From Minisyncoccia bacterium (GTDB lineage: Bacteria > Patescibacteriota > Minisyncoccia > Phycocordibacterales > UBA918), in assembly GCA_964229335.1 (NCBI GenBank), contig CAXRCZ010000004.1:96001-160000 (forward strand): 64,000 nt of DNA, written 5' to 3'. The notes under the pieces were generated by a model, which saw nothing but the letters and a program-made list of their open reading frames with translations, had not been told where the DNA came from and did not search any database. A program made the position numbers and the translations under genes. Shown in pieces: positions 48,324 through 58,515 of this stretch; position 1 is the first letter of the stretch; each line of letters starts with the position of its first letter.

Positions 48324-49578
48324 TATGAAATATATTTTATTTAGCTTACTGGTATTTTCTTTGCTCGGCGGCTTGTTTGCAACCATACACAACTCAGAAG
48401 TAACCACCGTTACGTACAAACGTGATACTCCTAGTGTCACGACAGAAGTGGTCACCCAAATAGCTGAACCAGAAGAAATAGTTGAGGAACCAGTTGTATC
48501 GACCGGAAACCAAGTAAAAGAAATTGAAATTCAACCAGGCGACACTTTCTCAACCATTATGGAAGAAGTAGATGTGACGGATGAGGAACAAAGTTCGATT
48601 CTTGTTGCTGTCCAAGATGTCTATGACTTCACCAAACTACAAGCTGGCAAACTGATACACGTTGTCTTTGCGCAGGACGCGTTAGCGTCGGTTGACTATG
48701 ACCTGAACGACGATAAGAAGATTGTGATTGAAAACGTTGACGGTGAGTTTGTAGCTAAAGAAGAAGCGATTGAGTATGACATTACTGAAGCAGTACGTAG
48801 TGTCACAATTGAGTCTTCATTATTCTACGACGGTGCAAGTGCTGGCTTGTCCGACAAGACTTTGGTTGAACTAGCCGAAATCTTTCAATGGGACATAGAC
48901 TTCAGTACTGACATTCAGATTGACGACTCGTTTGTTGTTTTGTATGAAGAGCGAAAAACAAAAGACGGTGAAGAAGCCAGTGCCGGAAAAATTCTCGCTG
49001 CTCAGTTCACTAATCAAGGCGAGACGTACGAGGCGTACTACTTTGAAACATCAAGTAGTACAGGTGGTTACTACGCTGCCAATGGTGAGAGTGTTGAACG
49101 TCAGTTCTTAAGCTCACCAATTGGTGTTGGGTACGTGAGTTCAGGTTTCAGTTATAGCCGACTGAATCCAATTACCAAACGTGTGACTCCACACCGAGCT
49201 ATCGACTACGCTGCGCCTCATGGCACACCCATTGTAGCTATCGCAGACGGCGAAGTGACATTATCAGGCAACAGAGGTCCACTTGGTATTGCCATTGATC
49301 TTGATCACGGACAATACATGAGTCAATACGCTCACATGTCTAGTATCGATTCTGCAGTGAAGAAAAATCCAAAAGTGAAACAAGGACAGGTTATCGGATA
49401 CGTTGGTTCAACTGGTCAATCAACTGGTCCTCACTTGCACTACACACTTTTCAAAGACGGAAACCCTATCAATCCAGCTGATGTTGATATGCCAGTCGGT
49501 GAATTACTCACTGAAACAGAGCTTGATGACTTTCAGGTCGTTGCTGATGGCTATAAGATTCAATTGGGTGTAAATTAA
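48316..49578 (+). CDS. M23 peptidase (MepM/OapA-like)
   Basis: HRAIDYAAP.GTP, YAHM, STGPHLHY. Confidence 0.9.
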   Translation: MNSMKYILFSLLVFSLLGGLFATIHNSEVTTVTYKRDTPSVTTEVVTQIAEPEEIVEEPVVSTGNQVKEIEIQPGDTFSTIMEEVDVTDEEQSSILVAVQDVYDFTKLQAGKLIHVVFAQDALASVDYDLNDDKKIVIENVDGEFVAKEEAIEYDITEAVRSVTIESSLFYDGASAGLSDKTLVELAEIFQWDIDFSTDIQIDDSFVVLYEERKTKDGEEASAGKILAAQFTNQGETYEAYYFETSSSTGGYYAANGESVERQFLSSPIGVGYVSSGFSYSRLNPITKRVTPHRAIDYAAPHGTPIVAIADGEVTLSGNRGPLGIAIDLDHGQYMSQYAHMSSIDSAVKKNPKVKQGQVIGYVGSTGQSTGPHLHYTLFKDGNPINPADVDMPVGELLTETELDDFQVVADGYKIQLGVN

Positions 49579-49592
49579 TCTAATTTATTAGT

Positions 49593-51548
49593 ATGACTGA
49601 AAAACATAACAACAATGCAGCTGTCTGTGATGACTGTGGAGCTGGGGACGAGACTACTCCTGTTACCGGCCTACGATCACTCTTCTCTCGCAGTGGTGCA
49701 CTTAAAATGCTTACGCCTATTTCGGGAATGTTGCTTGTTTTAGCTTTTTTGAGTTCTTATTCATTACCACAACCAGGTTTTGCAACCTTGTTCTACTTAC
49801 TATCGCTCTTGACTGGTTCGGTGTTTGTGGTACAAAGCGCGATTACTGGACTGGTAAAACAGCGGTTCTTAAACATCAGTTTTTTGGTGGTTATTGCGTC
49901 GATTGGTGCTATCTATATCGGTGAGTACGCTGAGGCAGCTGCGGTAGTATTCTTCTTTGCCTTAGCGGAACTCTTTGAAAGTTACGGCGTTGAACGCTCA
50001 CGGCGAGCAGTAGCAGCATTGATTAAAAAATCACCCAAAGTAGCTCGAATGTTAGATGGTACTACTATGCCGGTTGAGGAAGTGGTTGTTGGAACCATTG
50101 TTGTTGTAAAGCCTGGAGAGCAGATTCCGTTAGATGGTGTGGTTACCAAAGGAGAGTCGACCATTGATGAGGCGTCCATTACAGGCGAATCTATTCCGGT
50201 TGATAAAACTACTGATGATCAAGTGTTTGCCAGCACTATGAATGTGCAAGGGTATCTTGAGATTAGGGTTGAGAAAGCTAGCCAAGACTCAACGTTTGCT
50301 CGGATTATTACTCTCATTGAAGAAGCACAAGCATCGCGGGCACCTACTCAGGCGTTCATCGACAAGTTTGCCCGCTACTACACGCCAGCCGTTGTTATAC
50401 TGTCTATTTTGATTGCCGTAATACCAACCTTAGTCTTTGGTCTACCGTTTGAAGACTGGCTCTATCGAGCGCTCATTCTCTTAGTTATTGCCTGTCCATG
50501 TGCATTGGTGATTGCTACACCAGTGGCGATTGCTTCAGCGATTGGCGGAGCGTCACGTAGTGGCATTCTCATAAAAGGTGGGAAATATCTTGAAAAATTA
50601 GCTAGCGTTAAAGCGATTGCATTTGATAAGACTCGTACTCTCACCTATGGCACCCATACTGTTACTGATGTCATAGCTTTTGGTTCGCATAGTAAAGAGA
50701 AGGTTATTGCTGATGCGGCTGGTATTGAATTATTTTCTTCACATCCACTTGCTGAAGCAATTATTGCCTATGCAAAAGAACAGAATATCGAGCCACATAA
50801 AATGGACTCCTATGAGAATGTGGCTGGCAAGGGTGGACGAGCACAGTGTTTGGTGTGTGAAGCCGATAGTTATATCGGTAACAGAAAACTACTGACCGAA
50901 AGCGGTATCGACAGCACCACATTTGAAGCAGATGTAGAACGCTTAGAAAAAGAAGGTAAAACGGTGGTGTTGGTAGCTGAAGGTAAGGAAGTAATTGGAG
51001 CGCTCGCGATTTCCGATCAAGTTCGTGAAGAAGCATCAGAAGTAATTGATGTACTCAGAAGAAGGGGTGTTGAGAGCGCAATGCTTACTGGTGACAACGA
51101 GCATAGTGCAGCCTACGTTGCTAATCTGATTGGTATAAATGACGTTAAAGCCTCATTACTGCCTGAAGAAAAAGTAACCAGCGTGAAAGAACTAAGAGAC
51201 AAGTATCACTCAGTGGCGATGGTTGGTGATGGAGTAAATGACGCTCCATCACTCGTTACATCAGACGTGGGGTTTGCTATTGGTGCTGGTGGTACCGATG
51301 CTGCTATAGAATCAGCTGACATAACTCTGTTATCTGGAGACTTACGGACTATCCCACAGTCAATCAAACTAGCTCGCGCTACGGTTAAAACTATTCGAAC
51401 AAACATTATTCTCGCACTTGGTATAAAAATCCTCTTCCTCATTCTCGTGCCGTTTGGTTTAACTAACCTGGTGTTCGCCATTGCCGCTGATTCAGGTATG
51501 GCTATTGTCGTAATTCTTAACAGCTTGAGGCTCTTTGCGGTGAAATAA
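49593..51548 (+). CDS. P1B-type Zn/Cd/Pb-transporting ATPase (ZntA/CadA-like)
   Basis: TGES, ACPCAL, DKTRTLT, SHP, GDGVNDAP, N-x7-K and DSG transmembrane residues. Confidence 0.9.
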   Translation: MTEKHNNNAAVCDDCGAGDETTPVTGLRSLFSRSGALKMLTPISGMLLVLAFLSSYSLPQPGFATLFYLLSLLTGSVFVVQSAITGLVKQRFLNISFLVVIASIGAIYIGEYAEAAAVVFFFALAELFESYGVERSRRAVAALIKKSPKVARMLDGTTMPVEEVVVGTIVVVKPGEQIPLDGVVTKGESTIDEASITGESIPVDKTTDDQVFASTMNVQGYLEIRVEKASQDSTFARIITLIEEAQASRAPTQAFIDKFARYYTPAVVILSILIAVIPTLVFGLPFEDWLYRALILLVIACPCALVIATPVAIASAIGGASRSGILIKGGKYLEKLASVKAIAFDKTRTLTYGTHTVTDVIAFGSHSKEKVIADAAGIELFSSHPLAEAIIAYAKEQNIEPHKMDSYENVAGKGGRAQCLVCEADSYIGNRKLLTESGIDSTTFEADVERLEKEGKTVVLVAEGKEVIGALAISDQVREEASEVIDVLRRRGVESAMLTGDNEHSAAYVANLIGINDVKASLLPEEKVTSVKELRDKYHSVAMVGDGVNDAPSLVTSDVGFAIGAGGTDAAIESADITLLSGDLRTIPQSIKLARATVKTIRTNIILALGIKILFLILVPFGLTNLVFAIAADSGMAIVVILNSLRLFAVK

Positions 51549-51550
51549 AC

Positions 51551-52012
51551 ATGGATGAAATAATAATTTTCCTAGCTAGTAAGTTACATGTAGTGATTGT
51601 TGTTATTGCAATCATTACATTCCTGCTCTCCACTAAGAAGCAAAGAATGATACTTGCTCTAACTGCAACAGCAGCACTACCACTGTCGTACCTACTGGGA
51701 AAGCTAGCGAGTTTCTTCAACTACACCGAACGCCCTTTTTCTGAACTTGGCATTACTCCGCTCGTGCCCCATATCGCTGACAATGGATTTCCTTCAGAAC
51801 ACACTCTCTATGCCATGGTGATTGCAATGGTGGTCTTCTTGGTACACAGACGCTGGGGTACTATGCTCATAATTTTAGCTTTGCTGGTGGGTGTTGGACG
51901 TGTTTGGGCTGATGTACATAATCCAATTGATATAGTGGGTTCTGTGTTGGTAGCCACCGTTAGTGTACTAGCTTCATTTTTTGTACTCCAGCAATGTAAA
52001 AAATCAAAATGA
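51551..52012 (+). CDS. PAP2 phosphatase (BcrC/PbrB-like)
   Basis: K...RP, GFPSEH, GRV...VH.P.D. Confidence 0.85.
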   Translation: MDEIIIFLASKLHVVIVVIAIITFLLSTKKQRMILALTATAALPLSYLLGKLASFFNYTERPFSELGITPLVPHIADNGFPSEHTLYAMVIAMVVFLVHRRWGTMLIILALLVGVGRVWADVHNPIDIVGSVLVATVSVLASFFVLQQCKKSK

Positions 52013-52103
52013 TTTTGAAATAATGCAGTGATTTAGCGTGATATACATTTACATTTTGTATTCATTGCTTGACACATTTGGTATCATTAATAGTGTAAAA
52101 GGC

Positions 52104-52490
52104 ATGACAAGTTGGTTGAACAGAAACATTTCGCATAAGCTCACCGCACTTCTGATCGTGGGAGTGTTTGTGGTAGTTACTTTTTCTTGTTTTACGATTG
52201 CAGATGATCACGGTGGACACAGCTTTGACGCCGCAGTTGTTTGCGAGACAGTTCTTTCACTAGCTGATACCACTATAATTCAAATAGGCGTCATGCTCTT
52301 GTTAGTGGCAGCCGCTGCACACCTCTGCTTCAGGACTTTCAACCCATTTTCACTGCAAAATCCACTCTACAGACTACTTGTTTTTCATGGTCCACCACCA
52401 GACTACCTTTTTTCACCAAAAAGATATTCCTATTTGCAAAAACTCTTTAGTTCTGGGCTCATTCATTCAAAACTTCATAGCGTAGCGTAA
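52104..52490 (+). CDS. Leader ORF C (2 TM, C-x17-C His loop, HGPPP, ...LQKLFSSGLIHSKLH)
   Basis: Same architecture and motif as A, B, D; start reassigned to ATG 52104. Confidence 0.75.
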   Translation: MTSWLNRNISHKLTALLIVGVFVVVTFSCFTIADDHGGHSFDAAVVCETVLSLADTTIIQIGVMLLLVAAAAHLCFRTFNPFSLQNPLYRLLVFHGPPPDYLFSPKRYSYLQKLFSSGLIHSKLHSVA

Positions 52491-52491
52491 T

Positions 52492-52536
52492 AACCAACGA
52501 CGTAAAGCTCGTTGCAGTCTTTACCGTTGGTTTTTT
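52492..52536 (+). terminator. Intrinsic terminator abutting leader ORF C stop codon
   Basis: aaccaacg/cgttggtt and gtaaag/ctttac stems then T6. Confidence 0.8.
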
Positions 52537-52590
52537 GTATTTATAAATAAGAAGTTAGTGATACATAATCAATACCAAGTAAACGAAATT

Positions 52591-53364
52591 ATGAATTGGA
52601 AAATGATAACCGGAACGTTCCTCGCACTATTTACGTTAGTGCTTGTGGGTTCGTATTTGATTTTGACTCAAGACACATCATTAAATAAAGACGTTGTGGT
52701 TTTCGACACAACGATAATACTCCAGCCACAAGCTGACAACAATATTGTTACTGTCGATACAGTGACTCTATCAGTTCCGGGTTTTCTGGCTGTTAGGGAG
52801 ATTGATGGTGAACGACTGGGACAGATTATTGAGATTAGTGAGTATCTTAATGGGGGAACACATAACGATATGTCTATTCCGTTAGGTGAATTCTATACAG
52901 GTGACGAGGAACTGATAGTGATGATTTATGAAGACGCTGCTAATGACAAGATATTCAATGACCTTGATCAACCGTACGAGGAAAATGGAATTCCTGTTGC
53001 AGTCTATGTAGCGACTGGCGAAAAAGTCCCTGAATCAATTGTGACTAATACTGTTGCTCCTGAAGGAATTTCACTCATGAATATGGGAAGTATGGAGTTT
53101 GTCAGTTATACCGACGAGGGCTTTAAACCGAAAGACTTGACGATATCTCGCGGCACCATGGTGCACTTTGTTAACGAAAGTTCAATCGATATGTGGGTTG
53201 CTTCAGACGATCATCCAGCTCACACAGATTTGCCGACATTTGACCAATTCAAGGGTAGTCCGCCGGGAGAACAGTATGTGTATATCTTCGATCAGGCTGG
53301 CGAGTGGAAATATCACGACCATCTTACTCCAACCGCAGTAGGCACAATTACCGTAACCAATTAA
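52591..53364 (+). CDS. Exported protein with C-terminal cupredoxin-like domain
   Basis: F.PKDLTISRGT.V.FVN, HPAH, YVYIFDQAGEWKYHDHL...GTITV; no type-1 Cys. Confidence 0.75.
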   Translation: MNWKMITGTFLALFTLVLVGSYLILTQDTSLNKDVVVFDTTIILQPQADNNIVTVDTVTLSVPGFLAVREIDGERLGQIIEISEYLNGGTHNDMSIPLGEFYTGDEELIVMIYEDAANDKIFNDLDQPYEENGIPVAVYVATGEKVPESIVTNTVAPEGISLMNMGSMEFVSYTDEGFKPKDLTISRGTMVHFVNESSIDMWVASDDHPAHTDLPTFDQFKGSPPGEQYVYIFDQAGEWKYHDHLTPTAVGTITVTN

Positions 53365-53377
53365 CTTCTAACTAATC

Positions 53378-53665
53378 ATGAAAAAAGATGAATTCACAAA
53401 ACTACTAGAATCAGATTCAAATACGCTGTTGATTGATATTCGTGAAGCTGAAGAGTTAGAACATTCAGACAATCTCCCTGGCACACAGCATATATCGATG
53501 GGGAAAATGTTTACTGAAGCAGTGAATGATAAATTGCCCAAAGATACACAGATGGTGGTCTTTTGCCGCACAGGTGTGCGTGCAGAAATAGTTGCTCGCG
53601 AGTTGCGTGAGCGCGGTTACGATATTGACGGTTTAGAAGGCGGGCTTAATGCACTTAACAACTAA
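53378..53665 (+). CDS. Rhodanese-like protein
   Basis: LIDIRE..E, VVFCRTGVRA, LEGG. Confidence 0.9.
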   Translation: MKKDEFTKLLESDSNTLLIDIREAEELEHSDNLPGTQHISMGKMFTEAVNDKLPKDTQMVVFCRTGVRAEIVARELRERGYDIDGLEGGLNALNN

Positions 53666-53668
53666 CGT

Positions 53669-55678
53669 ATGGAACATACACACACAAAACATAACCACTG
53701 TCACGACCACGGCTCACCGGGTATGGGACATGGTTCAGCGGAAACATTTTTGAGACGATTTTGGATTGTTACCTTTCTTCTAATTCCACTCGTGTTTGCT
53801 AATGAGATGGTGATGAATGCTATAGGATTGGAGGCATATATATTGAGTAAATGGATCGGCTTCGGAGTGGCGACCGTAATCTTTGGTTTTGCTCTTATCT
53901 TCTTTGAACACGCTTGGCACGAAATCAAAGCGCGTAAGTACGGCATGATGACATTGGTGTCACTTGCTGTAGGTGCTGGGTATCTGTTTTCAGTTGCAGC
54001 AACTTTCATACCAACATTAGAGGCTGATTTTTACTTAGAAATCTCAACACTAATCTGGGTACTACTCTTTGGACACTACCTTGAAGCTCGTTCAGGAGCG
54101 GCGGCTGGTAATGCACTTCAAGAAGTAGCGAAGCTTCTGCCAAAACAAGCTCATAAGCTTCTAAATGGAGTAGAGACAGACGTTGATGTAACTGAACTCA
54201 ATGAGGGTGATTTGGTTCTCGTAAAACCAGGAGAGAAAATCCCAGCTGACGGTGTGATTACAAAAGGTTCAGCCAATGTTGATGAAGCACTCATCAGTGG
54301 CGAATCAAAACCAATTCAAAAAAATAAAAGGGATGAAGTTGTGGCCGGTAGTATTTGTCTTGATGCGTCTCTAACAATCCAACTCTCACGCGTTGGTGAG
54401 CATTCAACTATTGGACAGATTCAGAAATTAATTGCTGAGGCACAGCAGACCAAACCAAACTCACAGCGAATCGCTGACAAAGCCGCTGCTGTACTCACGT
54501 TCGTGGCTGGAATTACAGCCCTTCTGACTATTCTGGTGTGGTCACTGATTATCGGTGAACCATTTGTATTTGCGATTACGCTCGCTATCACGGTACTTGT
54601 CATCGCTTGCCCGCATGCCTTGGGTCTGGCGATTCCTACTGTTACCACCATCACTACCTCGCTTGCGGTAAAAAACGGCTTCTTTATCAAGAATCTCGCC
54701 AAGATAGAAGTGATCAAGAAGACTGATTATGTGGTCTTCGATAAGACCGGCACACTCACCACAGGAATATTTGGTGTTACCGATGTTGTCCCGTTTGGTG
54801 GAAAGACAAAAGACGCAGTACTCAAAATTGCCGCTTCACTCGAACAACACTCGTCCCACATTATTGGTCAATCTATAGTGACACATGCCAAAGCAGAGCG
54901 AATCAGACTTGAAGAAATTGCCGAGTTTAAAAACGTAGCTGGAAAAGGTATCAAAGCTAAGTTAGCAAATAAGCTCTATATTGTTGGAAACAAAGCAATT
55001 GTTGAGGACGCAAACATCTCACTTGATGAGGTGAAGGAAGGATACCAGAAACTGGCCGCCAGAGGAAAAACAACCATTTTTGTCGCTACTGAGAATGAGA
55101 TTATTGGTTTGATTGCGCTTTCTGACACTATAAAACCAGAGTCATACGAAACAGTTGGAAAACTGCATGAAATGGGAGTGAGGGTAGCGATGCTCACAGG
55201 CGATAACCAGGAAGTCGCCAAGGGGGTGGCAGAAGAGCTTGGTATCGACACCTATTTTGCTGAAGTCCTACCAGAAGATAAATATAGCCATGTGCAATCA
55301 CTCCAGCAAGACGGCAGTGTGGTCTTGATGGTTGGTGATGGTGTGAACGATGCACCTGCACTTACACAAGCTGATGCCGGGATTGCCATTGGAGCTGGTA
55401 CTGATGTGGCGGTGGAAGCTGGTGATGTGGTCTTAACCCGTAGCAATCCCGAAGACATTGTCAGACTCATTACACTCTCGAAAAAAGTGTATACCAAGAT
55501 GATTCAGAATCTTGTCTGGGCCCTCGGCTACAACATCGTTGCTATTCCGGCGGCGGCTGGAGCGTTCGCCTACTGGGGATTCTTTCTGCGTCCAGAGATC
55601 GGAGCGTTTGTGATGAGTTTATCAACGGTAATTGTGGTGGCTAACGCCATGCTACTCAAACGAATTGACTTAGATTAG
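53669..55678 (+). CDS. copB: P1B-3 copper-transporting ATPase
   Basis: His-rich N-terminus, ACPHALG, DKTGTLT, GYN, MSLST. Confidence 0.9.
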   Translation: MEHTHTKHNHCHDHGSPGMGHGSAETFLRRFWIVTFLLIPLVFANEMVMNAIGLEAYILSKWIGFGVATVIFGFALIFFEHAWHEIKARKYGMMTLVSLAVGAGYLFSVAATFIPTLEADFYLEISTLIWVLLFGHYLEARSGAAAGNALQEVAKLLPKQAHKLLNGVETDVDVTELNEGDLVLVKPGEKIPADGVITKGSANVDEALISGESKPIQKNKRDEVVAGSICLDASLTIQLSRVGEHSTIGQIQKLIAEAQQTKPNSQRIADKAAAVLTFVAGITALLTILVWSLIIGEPFVFAITLAITVLVIACPHALGLAIPTVTTITTSLAVKNGFFIKNLAKIEVIKKTDYVVFDKTGTLTTGIFGVTDVVPFGGKTKDAVLKIAASLEQHSSHIIGQSIVTHAKAERIRLEEIAEFKNVAGKGIKAKLANKLYIVGNKAIVEDANISLDEVKEGYQKLAARGKTTIFVATENEIIGLIALSDTIKPESYETVGKLHEMGVRVAMLTGDNQEVAKGVAEELGIDTYFAEVLPEDKYSHVQSLQQDGSVVLMVGDGVNDAPALTQADAGIAIGAGTDVAVEAGDVVLTRSNPEDIVRLITLSKKVYTKMIQNLVWALGYNIVAIPAAAGAFAYWGFFLRPEIGAFVMSLSTVIVVANAMLLKRIDLD

Positions 55679-55679
55679 T

Positions 55680-57188
55680 ATGAGTATTGTTGAACATATT
55701 TTAGATCGCTATACGATGTACCAAGTCCTGACAGCCGTCTTGGTGTCATATGTGGCGTACGCACTCATTTTGAGTGTTTTTGGAGTACTTGTGTATGGAA
55801 TTAGTGAGTTACTACTCTCACTGCTGGTTGTTGTTGCCTCAGTAGTTGTTACTCACTATATTCTTGTCAGTCTAACGAAAGCGCCAGGAAATATTTGGTC
55901 GAGTATTTTAACCGGACTCATTATTTTCTTGATTTTCACCCCAACTGCCAGCGCAGGCGGGTTGGCGGTCTTGGCTGCGGTTGCTGTCATCAGTGTTGTC
56001 AGTAAATACATTGTGAAGTATCGCAATGCACATCTGATCAATCCGGTTGCACTGGCGGCAGTGTTGTCCGGAGTGTTTGACTTGGCGTACGCCTCGTGGT
56101 GGGTTGGAACTGCGTGGTTTGCACCACTCTTACTACTTGGCGGATTACTCGTGGTACTAAAGATAAGAAGACTACCAATGGTAGTGGCAGGTGTACTCGC
56201 CTCACTCTGTATGGTATTTGTCTATGCATTAATCCGAGACTCTGTTTCATTGTCTATGTTCAATGGAATCCTGCTGGCCTCACCACTTTGGTTCTTTATG
56301 ACCATTATGGTCACTGAACCTCTATCGACTCCGGCGGGAGGGCGGGCACAAATTCTCTACGGTACTTTCATCGGCCTGCTGTCCCAGATGCCGTTCTCGC
56401 TTGGACCGCTCTTTAATTCTCCCGAGCTAACACTAATGATTGCTAATTTGTTGGTGTGGCCACTGTCACTTAAGGGACGATTGAAGCTCGTATGTCTAAA
56501 AGTTAACGAAGTGGCAAACAACACTTTCGAGTATGTCTTTCGACCATCGTTTCCAGTGTCATTCCAAGCTGGTCAATACCTAGAATGGGCCTTGCCACAT
56601 CAATCACCTGACGGTCGAGGAACGAGACGTTATTTCACCATTGCCTCCAGTCCAACCAGACAAAACATCCGTCTGGTTGTACGGACTGAAAATAAAGGCA
56701 GTAGCTACAAAGAAAGATTAAAAGCGTTTCAGCGTGGCGATACTATCCAAGCCGCGCAGCTAGCTGGAGACTTTGTGCTGCCAAAAGACATGACTGACCA
56801 AAAATTTATCTTCGTGGCTGGTGGAATTGGTATCACACCGTTTTTGAGCCACTTCGAATATCTAAAAGACACGAAGCAAAAAACTGATATCGTCTTGTAT
56901 TACTGCAACCGGACTGCTGAAGATATTGCGTACACACAGTTGTTGCGAGGATATGAATCAATCGGTGTACGAACAGTGCACGTACTAGCTGAACCAGCTC
57001 CGGATTGGTCTGGTGAAATAGGCTACCTTGGTCCGCATATGCTGAAACGGTACACTCCTGACATCACTGATCGACTGGTATACCTCTCTGGTCCACCGAG
57101 TATGGTTGGTGCATACAAAAAATTATTCATCGACTGTGGAGTGCCAAGTCGTCATATTAAAACAGATTATTTCCCTGGATTAGCTTAA
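55680..57188 (+). CDS. RnfD/NqrB-like membrane domain fused to FAD/NAD(P)-binding reductase
   Basis: SKY....HLINP, TEPLSTP; FQAGQY, RRYFTIASSP, AGGIGITPF, YLSGPP.MV. Confidence 0.85.
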   Translation: MSIVEHILDRYTMYQVLTAVLVSYVAYALILSVFGVLVYGISELLLSLLVVVASVVVTHYILVSLTKAPGNIWSSILTGLIIFLIFTPTASAGGLAVLAAVAVISVVSKYIVKYRNAHLINPVALAAVLSGVFDLAYASWWVGTAWFAPLLLLGGLLVVLKIRRLPMVVAGVLASLCMVFVYALIRDSVSLSMFNGILLASPLWFFMTIMVTEPLSTPAGGRAQILYGTFIGLLSQMPFSLGPLFNSPELTLMIANLLVWPLSLKGRLKLVCLKVNEVANNTFEYVFRPSFPVSFQAGQYLEWALPHQSPDGRGTRRYFTIASSPTRQNIRLVVRTENKGSSYKERLKAFQRGDTIQAAQLAGDFVLPKDMTDQKFIFVAGGIGITPFLSHFEYLKDTKQKTDIVLYYCNRTAEDIAYTQLLRGYESIGVRTVHVLAEPAPDWSGEIGYLGPHMLKRYTPDITDRLVYLSGPPSMVGAYKKLFIDCGVPSRHIKTDYFPGLA

Positions 57189-57196
57189 AAATTATT

Positions 57197-58513
57197 ATGC
57201 CTATATACATTGTTACAATCGGAATATTTATCTTGGTCAGCGCCTTTTCGTATTCGCTTTTGGCGACCCGCGAAACGTCAGACACCCTAGCTTCTCGAGA
57301 AGTCATAGTAACCGATGGAATCAGTCAGGCAATGATCGCTGACGGGACCTATCGGAGCGAAGTTCGCTATGAGGTCCCGTATGGGTACATAGAGCCAATG
57401 AGTCTTGAGATCACTGTGGAGAATGGAGTGGTTACCGATTCGACAGTAGACTTTGACATTGTGAATCCTGTTTCAGGAGACTACGTTCGTTCATTTGAGC
57501 AGTACTATGAAGATGAGGTGATTGGAAAGCCAATCACTGAAGTTTCATTAGCTCGTCTTGGTGGCGCGTCGCTCACCAACGTAGCCTTTGATGCTGCGCT
57601 TGAGAAAATCAAGGTTGAAGCAGCTGGTGGTGCGCTGGCTTCAGCTACTAAGGACGAAGCGTTGCCGCTACTTCTGCCTGGTACTCCAACTGAAGACGGT
57701 ATCGTGCTAGGTCCTGTACCAACTACTCCTAGTTACACTGACGCCGACCTCAAGGACGGAACATACAGCAGTGCGGTTCGTTATGAGGTTCCGTTTGAGC
57801 ACGTTGGACTGATGAATCTAGAGGTGACTGTAGCCGAGGGAGTCGTTACTGACTCAGCGGTCGAGTTTGAGGTGACCAACCCTGTCTCCGAGAGTTACGC
57901 TCGTTCATTTGACAACTACTACAAAGATGAAGTCATTGGACAGTCATTGGCTGAAGTTTCACTAGCGCGAGTCGGTGGCGCTTCGCTTACTAACGCAGCC
58001 TTTGATGCTGCGCTCGAGAATATCAAAACTGAAGCCAGTGGCAACACGGTAGCTGCTACCGCAGACACAACACTTCCGCTACCAGTACCTGAGCTTGTGA
58101 TACGAGGCATTCCAAACTTGGCTGAGATTGCTGCCACCTCTAAAAATAAGATTCACCTGGTCACCGGACCGCTTCCCGGCACAGAGTCATCGACTAACAA
58201 TACGAGTCCATATGCTGATGGTACGTATGTCGTTGATCAGTCATACTATGCCTGGCCAAATATCTACGAACCAATGCAGACTGTAATCACGCTTGAAAAC
58301 GGGACAATCGTCGCTGCTGACCAAACTTACTCCACCGTTGATTACACTCACTCAGACCAATATCAACGCCACTTTGACTCCATCTACAAAAATGTGGTGA
58401 TAGGTATGCCGCTGGCTGATGCACCAATCGCTCGTATCGGACAAGCTTCTGAGACTACTGATGGGTTTAACGACGCGCTACTCGCGATTAAAGAACAAGC
58501 GCAGAATCAATAA
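57197..58513 (+). CDS. Membrane-anchored protein with three FMN-binding domains
   Basis: Three DGTY... repeats ending GGASLT, GGASLT, GQASET...F..AL..IK. Confidence 0.85.
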   Translation: MPIYIVTIGIFILVSAFSYSLLATRETSDTLASREVIVTDGISQAMIADGTYRSEVRYEVPYGYIEPMSLEITVENGVVTDSTVDFDIVNPVSGDYVRSFEQYYEDEVIGKPITEVSLARLGGASLTNVAFDAALEKIKVEAAGGALASATKDEALPLLLPGTPTEDGIVLGPVPTTPSYTDADLKDGTYSSAVRYEVPFEHVGLMNLEVTVAEGVVTDSAVEFEVTNPVSESYARSFDNYYKDEVIGQSLAEVSLARVGGASLTNAAFDAALENIKTEASGNTVAATADTTLPLPVPELVIRGIPNLAEIAATSKNKIHLVTGPLPGTESSTNNTSPYADGTYVVDQSYYAWPNIYEPMQTVITLENGTIVAADQTYSTVDYTHSDQYQRHFDSIYKNVVIGMPLADAPIARIGQASETTDGFNDALLAIKEQAQNQ

Positions 58514-58515
58514 CC

